From the IMG/VR virus record IMGVR_UViG_3300044633_000899, positions 186,001-250,000 of that record: 64,000 nucleotides of DNA; one strand, written 5' to 3'. Positions 48,216 through 56,682 of this stretch are shown piece by piece; the first letter of the stretch is position 1; the number at the start of each line of letters is the position of its first letter. The position numbers were made by a program, and so were the translations under genes. The notes beneath the pieces were generated by a model. It ran no database searches and was not told the origin of the DNA. It was given only the letters and a program-made list of their open reading frames with translations.

Positions 48216-48276
48216 TATTGTAAAGGTAAATGTCGTTAGAACACACGGCAGCGAATAAACCAAATAAAAACATATT

Positions 48277-51216
48277 ATGATATCAGCAGAAGAAATTAAA
48301 TCCTTCCTAGAAGGGAATGATCCAGAAGAACACATAGTCGCAATTGAGTTTGATTACCAAAAGGACTGTATATATAAAATCAAAGAAATCCCAGATAAGG
48401 GAAAATCTATCGTTAAAGATAGTTTAATAGCATTCGCTTGGGTTGGTGACCTACGTGGGTTAAATTTTTACCAAGGTTCAAAAGCATTACAAAAAGAAGC
48501 AATGTCCAAATATGGTATTGTTATTGATAAATTACGAACCGATGGAAACGAACAATTAGAAAAAGGTTTAACATTCTTAGTTAAATCAATGAAAGGTTAT
48601 AGATCATTAACACAATTCTTTAAAGATGGTGGTATTGATCCGTGGGGTGAAAAAGCAAAAGATAAATTCATAATGTTAACCCCCACAGAACAATTCCTAG
48701 TATCAAAAGAAAAAAGATTGTTTAAAGGTTTTGAGGATTATAACACTGTTACCAGACTTGTATTTGACCTTGAGACAACCTCTTTAGAACCAAAAGATGG
48801 TAGGATATTTATGATTGGTATCAAAACCAATAAAGGATACAGAAAGGTTATTGAGTGTACAAACGATGATGAAGAAAGAAAAGGTATTACCGAATTTTTT
48901 AAAATCATTGACGAATTAAAACCATCAATAATATCTGGTTACAATTCATTTAACTTTGACTGGAAATGGATTTATGAAAGATGTGAAATCTTAAACATTG
49001 ACATAAAAAGAATCGCAAAAACATTAAACAGTCAACGTCCAATATCACAAAAAGATTCAATGTTAAAATTGGGTAACGAAGTTGAGAGGTTTGTTCAAAC
49101 TCAAATGTGGGGTTATAACAATATTGATATTATCCATTCTGTACGTAGAGCACAAGCAATTAATTCATCAATAAAAGAAGCGGGTCTTAAATACATAACA
49201 AAACATATTAACGCAGAAGCAAAAGATCGTGTGTATATTGATCATAATAAAATTGGGTCAATGTATAGAGATAAGGAAGAACATTGGTTAAATATTGAGA
49301 ATGGTAATTATAAAAAGATTGGTGTTGACCCAAAGATTGATGAGATTTGTGAACGAAGAAACGATATCTATATTAAAACAACAGGTGATGATATTGTTGA
49401 GAGATACCTTGACGATGACCTTGAAGAAACGTTATTAGTTGACGAACAGTTTAATCAAGGATCATTTCTATTAGCGTCATTACTTCCAACAACTTATGAG
49501 AGAGTATCAACAATGGGTACTGCGACAATCTGGAAATTGGTAATGTTGGCGTGGTCATATAAAAATGGTTTGGCAATTCCTGCGAAAAAAGAAAAACGAA
49601 ACTTTGTTGGTGGATTGTCACGATTGTTAAAGGTGGGTTACTCAAGAGACGTTTTAAAATTAGACTACTCGTCACTTTACCCATCAATCCAACTTACACA
49701 CGATGTGTTTCCAGAATCAGATATAACTGGTGTTATGAAAGGTTTATTATCTTACTTTAGGGATACTCGTATTATGTATAAGAATTTATCCGCCGAATGG
49801 AAATCAAAAGATGTTAAAATATCACAGAAGTATGATAATTTCCAATTACCTGTAAAAATATTTATTAATTCACTTTTTGGTGCGTTATCAGCACCACAAG
49901 TATTTCCGTGGGGTGATATGGACAGAGGTGAAATGATAACCTGTACCGGTCGTCAGTATTTAAGAATGATGATAAATTTTTTTACAGAAAGGGGTTACAA
50001 TGCGAGCGTGATGGACACTGACGGCATTAATTTCTCTGTTCCAAGTGGTGTTGAAAATAGAAGGTATGTTGGTAAAGGTCTTAACTGGTTGGTGGAAGAA
50101 GGTAAAGAATATGTTGGGGCTGACGCTGATGTTGCGGAATTTAACGATATGTGTATGAGGGGAACGATGGGCCTCGATACTGACGGGAGTTGGCCAGCAT
50201 GTATTAATCTTGCTCGTAAAAATTATGCGTTATTAACAGATAAAGGTAAAGTCAAGTTAACGGGTAACTCAATTAAGTCCAAAAAAATGCCAAAATATAT
50301 TGAGGTGTTTTTAGATAAAGGAATTAAAATGTTATTAAATGGTTATGGTCAAGATTTTGTTGAGTGGTATTATGATTATTTACATAGAATTTTTGACCAA
50401 GATATCCCCCTAATGGAAATTGCGAATAAAGCCAAGATTAAACAAAGTGTTGGTGATTACATTAAAAGAAGTAAAACAACAACCAAATCTGGTGCGTTAA
50501 TGTCAAGACAAGCACATATGGAGTTGGCGATTTTAGAGAACTTAAACGTCAATCTCGGTGATGTCATCTATTATGTAAACAACGGAACAAAGGCAACACA
50601 CGGAGATGTACAAAAAGTTAATAAACCAAAGGCGGGTTGGAACGATGAACAAATAAAATTATTTTTTTCCGATTCTACAACATCTAAAGTTACTTACAAA
50701 GAAAAAGAAAGTTTCCTGCTTGAAAATGGTTGGGAAAAGTCTTGGTCAGAAGATAATTGGGTACGTAGTAATTCTAAAAATAAAGAGGCAAATACTGGTA
50801 TACCAACAGATACCGCTTATAAAGTTGCTAATTCAGATTCCGTTATCCAATTAAATTGTTATAGAATTGACCCCCAGGAATTAGAGAGTAACCCTAATCT
50901 AAGAGGTGAATATAATGTTCAAAGGGCAATCGCAACATTTAATAAAAGGGTTGAACCATTATTGGTATGTTTTAAAGAAGAAGTTAGAAATGGATTGTTA
51001 GTTAAAAATCCAGAAGAAAGACCTTACTTTACAAAAGATCAGTGTGAACTAATCAATGGCGTTCCTTTTGATGATGAAGATCAGGATAAATTGGAGGACG
51101 TTATGGAAATGTCAGACGATGAGGTTGTGTTTTGGGAAAAGGTTGGTGTTTCACCATATCATATGTATGATAACATTGACCCATATATGGTCAAATTCAT
51201 ACCTCAAGAAGTTTAA
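48277..51216 (+). CDS. polB: Family B DNA polymerase
   Basis: Exonuclease motifs FDLET, GYNSFNFD and YLDDD. Polymerase motifs LDYSSLYPSI, KIFINSLFG and DTDG. Confidence 0.96.
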   Translation: MISAEEIKSFLEGNDPEEHIVAIEFDYQKDCIYKIKEIPDKGKSIVKDSLIAFAWVGDLRGLNFYQGSKALQKEAMSKYGIVIDKLRTDGNEQLEKGLTFLVKSMKGYRSLTQFFKDGGIDPWGEKAKDKFIMLTPTEQFLVSKEKRLFKGFEDYNTVTRLVFDLETTSLEPKDGRIFMIGIKTNKGYRKVIECTNDDEERKGITEFFKIIDELKPSIISGYNSFNFDWKWIYERCEILNIDIKRIAKTLNSQRPISQKDSMLKLGNEVERFVQTQMWGYNNIDIIHSVRRAQAINSSIKEAGLKYITKHINAEAKDRVYIDHNKIGSMYRDKEEHWLNIENGNYKKIGVDPKIDEICERRNDIYIKTTGDDIVERYLDDDLEETLLVDEQFNQGSFLLASLLPTTYERVSTMGTATIWKLVMLAWSYKNGLAIPAKKEKRNFVGGLSRLLKVGYSRDVLKLDYSSLYPSIQLTHDVFPESDITGVMKGLLSYFRDTRIMYKNLSAEWKSKDVKISQKYDNFQLPVKIFINSLFGALSAPQVFPWGDMDRGEMITCTGRQYLRMMINFFTERGYNASVMDTDGINFSVPSGVENRRYVGKGLNWLVEEGKEYVGADADVAEFNDMCMRGTMGLDTDGSWPACINLARKNYALLTDKGKVKLTGNSIKSKKMPKYIEVFLDKGIKMLLNGYGQDFVEWYYDYLHRIFDQDIPLMEIANKAKIKQSVGDYIKRSKTTTKSGALMSRQAHMELAILENLNVNLGDVIYYVNNGTKATHGDVQKVNKPKAGWNDEQIKLFFSDSTTSKVTYKEKESFLLENGWEKSWSEDNWVRSNSKNKEANTGIPTDTAYKVANSDSVIQLNCYRIDPQELESNPNLRGEYNVQRAIATFNKRVEPLLVCFKEEVRNGLLVKNPEERPYFTKDQCELINGVPFDDEDQDKLEDVMEMSDDEVVFWEKVGVSPYHMYDNIDPYMVKFIPQEV

Positions 51217-51590
51217 TTAAATTTAACACCATCACTTGCGATAACATACCAATTACCTTCAAGAAACTGGAACTGAACACAGGCACCCTTCTCTAAAAGA
51301 AGTTCGTCCCATTCTTCATCTATAGAACCAACATCAGTTTTAATTAAAACATTTGTTAGTGATTTAATTGTTATTTTATTTGTTTTTCCCGATTTTAAAG
51401 TAACTTCAGAATATTCAACGTCTTTAACAATTAAAAATGACTCATCGTTAATTATGTAATTATCAACAGAAATTATTTTTTGTATTTCCGTTGGTTTTTC
51501 AACAACTACTTTTGGTTCAACAACCGTTTGTGTGTGATATCTAACAACATTTTTTCGTTGTGTGATATTTTCTACTCTTAATCCACCCAT
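51213..51590 (-). CDS. Hypothetical beta-rich virion protein
   Basis: Coupled to the upstream neck gene; ends CVQFQFLEGNWYVIASDG. Confidence 0.6.
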   Translation of the reverse strand: MGGLRVENITQRKNVVRYHTQTVVEPKVVVEKPTEIQKIISVDNYIINDESFLIVKDVEYSEVTLKSGKTNKITIKSLTNVLIKTDVGSIDEEWDELLLEKGACVQFQFLEGNWYVIASDGVKFN

Positions 51591-52717
51591 TATATTACGT
51601 ATATTTGTCTTGGCATCGCCCTAAATTTTAGGGATTTATTTAAATTTTCAGCAAGTAATGCTTCTCTTTCAATTACTTTGTCTGGTTTCAATCTTGTTAA
51701 TCTTCCTTCAGCACCAATTAACTCATCAATTAATTTTGTTTTTTCATCTTTCGCTTCAGTTGCAAGTGATGTGTAATCCATTGTTAAGTCACCGTCTGGT
51801 GTTTTTAAGTTACCACTGAATTTTCCACGTACTCTAGAAAGTGTTTCTTTACAGTAAGCAATAAACCATCGTCTAACCCAAATTTGAGAGGGGTTATTTA
51901 AGTCCACCCAACTCATTTTATCAAATGGTACATCAGAAGGTAATTTAATAATGTCTGGGTTGTCTTTTAAACATTTGTCTCTATCGGCAGGACCAACATC
52001 ATAATACCAATACCAGACCTTTCCTTTTGTTAGTGTTCCATTACCAAAGTCAAATTTACCACCAGGTGTGTTCATTAAGTGTATCGCTTTTTTACCATCG
52101 GGTAACGCTGTTACTCTATATGTTAAATCACCTGCGATAATTCTTCTTTGTATGTTTATTTCTTGCATTCTTAATAACATATCAAACGCCGGCATCATAA
52201 AATAACTTCCGGCCATATTACCCATTTGTGCAAGACCTCCGCCACCACCAAGACCACCTCCGGCACCTAACGCACCAAAAGACCAAGGGTCAAACATTGT
52301 ATTATTTAATGTCGCTGGGGTAAACCATAGTAATTCGTTTAATTCACGATTGGCAGGTATTTCATATATTTGTTGGTTTGGTGCTAATTGAATGTAGTCT
52401 TTTTTTAAGACACTCTCACCGCCTGCTTGTAACCCAACAATTTTTGAGTAAGCATAAGTATATCTTGTTTCATAATCTAAACTTCTTGTCGTAAACGCTT
52501 TTGATAAAGATTGTGTGTCTAAGTTTAAATTGTTTAATGCAGTCCATTGTGACTCAATTAACCAATCTTGTACATATTGTGAATATTCATCAATTGAGAA
52601 CTCTAAAAGTGTATCCATTTGTTCGTCCTCTAACTCAACACTTCTCTGTGGAGCACCTAATAAATGTCTAACTTTTTTATATAAGTTACTTCTTTCTGGT
52701 TCGTCAATTATTCCCAT
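51590..52717 (-). CDS. Neck protein, T4 gp13-like
   Basis: VRHLLGAPQRSVELEDEQ N-terminus and WVRRWFIAYCKETL..VRGKF. Confidence 0.75.
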   Translation of the reverse strand: MGIIDEPERSNLYKKVRHLLGAPQRSVELEDEQMDTLLEFSIDEYSQYVQDWLIESQWTALNNLNLDTQSLSKAFTTRSLDYETRYTYAYSKIVGLQAGGESVLKKDYIQLAPNQQIYEIPANRELNELLWFTPATLNNTMFDPWSFGALGAGGGLGGGGGLAQMGNMAGSYFMMPAFDMLLRMQEINIQRRIIAGDLTYRVTALPDGKKAIHLMNTPGGKFDFGNGTLTKGKVWYWYYDVGPADRDKCLKDNPDIIKLPSDVPFDKMSWVDLNNPSQIWVRRWFIAYCKETLSRVRGKFSGNLKTPDGDLTMDYTSLATEAKDEKTKLIDELIGAEGRLTRLKPDKVIEREALLAENLNKSLKFRAMPRQIYVI

Positions 52718-52753
52718 AGTGATTTTTTATATAAATATCAACAAGTTTAAATT

Positions 52754-53200
52754 TTAACCGATTACCATTAATTTTGGGTTGTAGTTTCTAACTGGGTTTG
52801 CGTCACTTATGTTAAACGTTTTGTCTAACCACACTTTTATAATTGATTCTGTTTGTTCTGGTGTTAATTTAAAAAAATTTTCTAACACCATCCAAAATTC
52901 AGAATTGTTAATAAACATTTTTTTTGTCAATAGATTAAAAACTATCAAATTGTCATTTGGTTTTTTGCGAAACAACATTAAATTAGATGATGTTTTACTT
53001 ATAACCGTTTCTAAATCGTTATACAAATTTAAAAACTCAAACGGATTGTTGTCAAACCCTTTTGATATGATTGTGTCAATACTATTAAAATATATTAATT
53101 TATTCCACCCCTCATTTTTAATCTTATTTTGGATGATTTCTTTTTCACTTAAAGATTCATTTAATCTTTTGTACTGACTTTCGGATATAATAATTTTCAT
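52754..53200 (-). CDS. Array paralog 6 (most divergent)
   Basis: MKIIISESQYK leader; FEFLNLYNDLE and WLDKTFNI. Confidence 0.75.
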   Translation of the reverse strand: MKIIISESQYKRLNESLSEKEIIQNKIKNEGWNKLIYFNSIDTIISKGFDNNPFEFLNLYNDLETVISKTSSNLMLFRKKPNDNLIVFNLLTKKMFINNSEFWMVLENFFKLTPEQTESIIKVWLDKTFNISDANPVRNYNPKLMVIG

Positions 53201-53204
53201 ATTG

Positions 53205-53211
53205 ATAAATA
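53205..53211 (-). promoter_or_regulatory. TATTTAT putative late-promoter motif (representative copy)
   Basis: Also found at 3188, 18278, 21309, 21329, 24930, 34563, 44176, 52731, 53676, 54162, 55721, 56205, 56676, 60103, 61903 and 61946, each shortly upstream of a start codon on the coding strand. Confidence 0.7.
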
Positions 53212-53221
53212 TTCTATTTTT

Positions 53222-53671
53222 TCAATTTGTAGACCTCATCCAATTGTCATCAACACCAATTATCAATGGTATGACATCCCTTAAATTGTGGGTCAACCAT
53301 TTCTGTATAAGTTTCTGTATATTAGTGTAGTTAAGACCAAAGTTACCTTCCAAAACTGACCAAATTTCATTATAATTAATATAAACCTCATCACTTTCTC
53401 TATCGTGAATGATAAAATTATGACCTTTTTTAAAACGATATAATGTCCAATATTCTTCTTCTTCACTCTGAACCGATTCCAGATCATTAAATAAGTTTAA
53501 GAAATCCATTGGTTCTTTAATGTCAAAAATTTCAAGAGTTTTATCCAAGGACCCAACAATCTTTGTTACAGATTCAAAACCAACCTTTTTTATTAAACCC
53601 AATAATTTTTCTTTTAAAGAAACGTTTTCTTTAATTAGTTTGTATTGACTTTCGGTGATGATAATTTTCAT
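53222..53671 (-). CDS. Array paralog 5
   Basis: MKIIITESQYK...PMDFLNLFNDLE...IW.VLE..F. Confidence 0.85.
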   Translation of the reverse strand: MKIIITESQYKLIKENVSLKEKLLGLIKKVGFESVTKIVGSLDKTLEIFDIKEPMDFLNLFNDLESVQSEEEEYWTLYRFKKGHNFIIHDRESDEVYINYNEIWSVLEGNFGLNYTNIQKLIQKWLTHNLRDVIPLIIGVDDNWMRSTN

Positions 53672-53707
53672 ATTGATAAATATTCTAATTTTTTTAAATT
53701 GTAGATA

Positions 53708-54157
53708 TCATTCAATTTTTCCAATTACTTCCGTGCTGTTTGCGTAGATTCTGACTCCCCTTAAATTGTAGACCTCACCCAACCATATCTCTATAATTTT
53801 CTGTCTTTCAGAAAATTTAAGACCAAATTTATCTTCCAATACTGACCAAATTTCATCAGAATTGATATAAACAGAATCATTTTTTCTATCGTAAACCATA
53901 AAGTTATGACCTTTTCTATAACGATACAATGTCCAATTTTCATCTTCCTCACTCTGAACCGATTCCAAATCATTAAATAAATTTAAGAAATCCATCGGTT
54001 CTTTGACATCAAAGATTTCAAATGTTTTATCCAAAGATCCAACAATCTTTGTTACAGATTTAAAACCAACTTTTTTTATTAAACCCAACAATTTTTCCTT
54101 TAAAGAAACGTTTTCTTTGATTAGTTTGTATTGACTTTCGGATATAATAATTTTCAT
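53708..54157 (-). CDS. Array paralog 4
   Basis: Same family; WLGEVYNLRGV. Confidence 0.85.
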   Translation of the reverse strand: MKIIISESQYKLIKENVSLKEKLLGLIKKVGFKSVTKIVGSLDKTFEIFDVKEPMDFLNLFNDLESVQSEEDENWTLYRYRKGHNFMVYDRKNDSVYINSDEIWSVLEDKFGLKFSERQKIIEIWLGEVYNLRGVRIYANSTEVIGKIE

Positions 54158-54178
54158 ATTGATAAATATTCTAATTTT

Positions 54179-54266
54179 TTAAATTGTAGACCTCATCCAG
54201 TAAAGAAATCCATTGGCATAAATACAAATTTAGGTGTGACTCCCCTTAAATTGTAGACCTCATCCA
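54179..54266. repeat. Perfect 21-nt direct repeat flanking a 46-nt unique segment
   Basis: TTAAATTGTAGACCTCATCCA at 54179-54199 and 54246-54266. Degenerate pairs occur at 53694/53761, 55754/55822, 53222/53281 and 56222/56275. Confidence 0.9.
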
Positions 54267-55716
54267 ACCACCTCTCTGTAAGTTTTTGTATTTCAGAGTA
54301 GTTAAGACCAAATTTATCTTCCAAAACTGACCAAATTTCATCATAATTGATATAAACATAATCCTTTTTTCTATCGTAAATCATTATATTATGATCTTTT
54401 TTATAACGAAATAATATCCAATTTTCTTTTTCTTCAGATTGGGTACCTTTCAAATCATTAAATAGATGTAAGAAATCCATCGGTTCTTTAATGTCAAAAA
54501 TTTTAAATAAATTATCCAAGGATCCAACAATTTTTGTTACAGATTCAAAACCAACTTTTTTGATTAAACCCAATAATTTTTCTTTTAAAGATATTGATTC
54601 ATTTAATGGTTTTTTATTATCCTCTTTTTTTGTTTTTGAGATATATAAATCATTAACAAATTCCCAATTAACACAATTCCAAAAGTTTTTAATATATTCG
54701 TCACGTTTATTTTGATATTTTAAATAATACGCGTGTTCCCAGACATCCAACCCCAACAATGGATAACCACCATCTTTAATGATATTCATTAATGGATTAT
54801 CTTGATTTGGTGTGGACATAATTTTAAGTCTATTTGTTTTTGTTAAGACAAGCCAAACCCAACCAGAACCAAATCTATCTTTTGCAATTTGGTTAAACTC
54901 ATCTTTCATCTTTTTTATATTACCATATTGTTTGGTAATTTTATCAAAAATTTCACCCTTTGGTATTTGTTTCTTTGGTGACAACATCTTCCAAAACAAA
55001 GCGTGGTTAAAAGCACCCCCAGCGTTGTTTCGTACTTTCTCATCAAATTTACTAATTGATTTTATAATATCTTCTAATTCAAGATCTTTATGTTTTTTTT
55101 CAGATAAAGCATCATTTAATTTTTTAACATAACCTTTATAATGTTTGTTGTAATGAATATCCATCGTTTTTGGATCAACAAATTGTTTTAATGCGGAATA
55201 TGAATATGGTAATTTTTCAATACCAATTTTTTTCATTTCCATAATAAACTCTTCTTTGATGTTTTCTTTTTCCGTTAAGAGAATTTGTTCTGAGATAAGA
55301 TTAATTTTATTAACTATTTTTTCTGAACACTCAAAAACCAATTGATTATAATCTGGGTATTCTTTTTCAAACATTTTTATTAATCTACCAGCAAAAGCGT
55401 TTGCCTCATCTTCATTTTGACCACCAATATCTGGTCCTCGTTCTCTACCTAAAGAAAAACGTTGGTGTGCGTGAACCCACTCGTGAGCCAAGGTTCTCAT
55501 AATGTCACGATTTAATCTATTTTTTGATAAAATTTTTAATGTACCGTCCATACTCTGACTACCAGTTGACATTTGACCCATTTTATCACCCAAAAACAAA
55601 ATTGTTAAATCTTGATTAACAGGATAATGATTACCTAAAAACTTGATAAAATCATTGTACATTTTTTTATCGTTAGCATCAAGTCCAGAATCATTATGTT
55701 TAATTGTGATTTTCAT
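54193..55716 (-). CDS. Three-part fusion: HExxH metallopeptidase-like domain, Fe/Mn superoxide dismutase, and array domain (paralog 3)
   Basis: RTLAHEWVH; LPYSYSAL, HYNKHY, FNHALFW, FGSGWVWL and DVWEHAYY; then SLKEKLLGLIKK...WLDEVYNL. Confidence 0.9.
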   Translation of the reverse strand: MKITIKHNDSGLDANDKKMYNDFIKFLGNHYPVNQDLTILFLGDKMGQMSTGSQSMDGTLKILSKNRLNRDIMRTLAHEWVHAHQRFSLGRERGPDIGGQNEDEANAFAGRLIKMFEKEYPDYNQLVFECSEKIVNKINLISEQILLTEKENIKEEFIMEMKKIGIEKLPYSYSALKQFVDPKTMDIHYNKHYKGYVKKLNDALSEKKHKDLELEDIIKSISKFDEKVRNNAGGAFNHALFWKMLSPKKQIPKGEIFDKITKQYGNIKKMKDEFNQIAKDRFGSGWVWLVLTKTNRLKIMSTPNQDNPLMNIIKDGGYPLLGLDVWEHAYYLKYQNKRDEYIKNFWNCVNWEFVNDLYISKTKKEDNKKPLNESISLKEKLLGLIKKVGFESVTKIVGSLDNLFKIFDIKEPMDFLHLFNDLKGTQSEEKENWILFRYKKDHNIMIYDRKKDYVYINYDEIWSVLEDKFGLNYSEIQKLTERWLDEVYNLRGVTPKFVFMPMDFFTG

Positions 55717-55753
55717 AATTATAAATATCTAATGATTGTAAAATATAGTTTTA

Positions 55754-56200
55754 TTAAATCATAGATATCATCCAATCCCAATTCTGAAAGTTCTCAAAAA
55801 CCCAAGTCGGTCTGGTTCTCTTTAAATTGTAGGTATCATCCAACCAATCCTTAATAAGGTTACTTATATCATAATAGTTTGTTAAATGTTTCTGTTCTAA
55901 AACTGACCAAATGTCACCATAATTGATATAAACAGCATCACTTCTTCTGTCGTGAATCATAATGTTATAACCTTTTTTATAACGATATAATGTCCAAGAT
56001 GGTCTTTCCTCACTCTGAATTACATCCAATTCATTAAATAAATTTAAGAAATCCATCGGTTCTTTGATATCCAAAATTTCAAGTGTTTTATCCAAGGATC
56101 CAACAATTTTTGTTGTGGACTTAAAACCAATTTTTTTAACTAAACCTAGTAATTTTTCTTTAATCGATTTATATTGATTTTCGGTTATAATAATTTTCAT
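55754..56200 (-). CDS. Array paralog 2
   Basis: Same family; WLDDTYNL. Confidence 0.85.
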   Translation of the reverse strand: MKIIITENQYKSIKEKLLGLVKKIGFKSTTKIVGSLDKTLEILDIKEPMDFLNLFNELDVIQSEERPSWTLYRYKKGYNIMIHDRRSDAVYINYGDIWSVLEQKHLTNYYDISNLIKDWLDDTYNLKRTRPTWVFENFQNWDWMISMI

Positions 56201-56221
56201 ATTGATAAATATTTCACTTTT

Positions 56222-56671
56222 TTAAATTGTGGTGTTGTGTATACCAACAATATGGTTATACGTTGTGATTCCCTTTAAATCATAGACCTCATCCAACCAC
56301 GTTTCTACAAGGGTTGTAATGTCACCAAAGTTAATATCAAAATTATCTTCCAAAATTGTCCATATTTCGTCATAATTAATGAAAACATATTTAATTTTTC
56401 TATCGTAAATCATAAAATTATGACCTTTTTTATATCTATACAATACCCAATTTGGTTCTTCTTCACTCTGAACAACATCCAAATCATTAAATAAGTTCAA
56501 GAAATCCATTGGTTCTTTAATATCAAAGATATCAAAAGTTTTATCCAAAGACCCAACAACTCTTATCGTTGATTCAAATCCAACCTTTTTGATTAAACTC
56601 AATAATTTTTCTTTTAAAGAAACGTTTTCTTTGATTAGTTTGTATTGACTTTCGGTTATTATTATTCGCAT
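56222..56671 (-). CDS. Array paralog 1
   Basis: Same family; WLDEVYDL. Confidence 0.85.
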   Translation of the reverse strand: MRIIITESQYKLIKENVSLKEKLLSLIKKVGFESTIRVVGSLDKTFDIFDIKEPMDFLNLFNDLDVVQSEEEPNWVLYRYKKGHNFMIYDRKIKYVFINYDEIWTILEDNFDINFGDITTLVETWLDEVYDLKGITTYNHIVGIHNTTI

Positions 56672-56682
56672 AATAATAAATA

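Noticed and set aside
48277-51216. Intein or intron in polB
   Set aside because: Polymerase motifs are contiguous and no splice-junction motifs or homing endonuclease are visible. There is only a ~60-aa insertion near the C-terminus.
52754-56671. Canonical CRISPR array or DGR as the explanation for the repeat-flanked tails
   Set aside because: There are only two repeats per unit, they lie within coding sequence and are not palindromic, and no cas genes are present. No RT or template repeat is seen in the window, and differences between tails affect all bases with no shared third-codon pattern, so they are not adenine-restricted.
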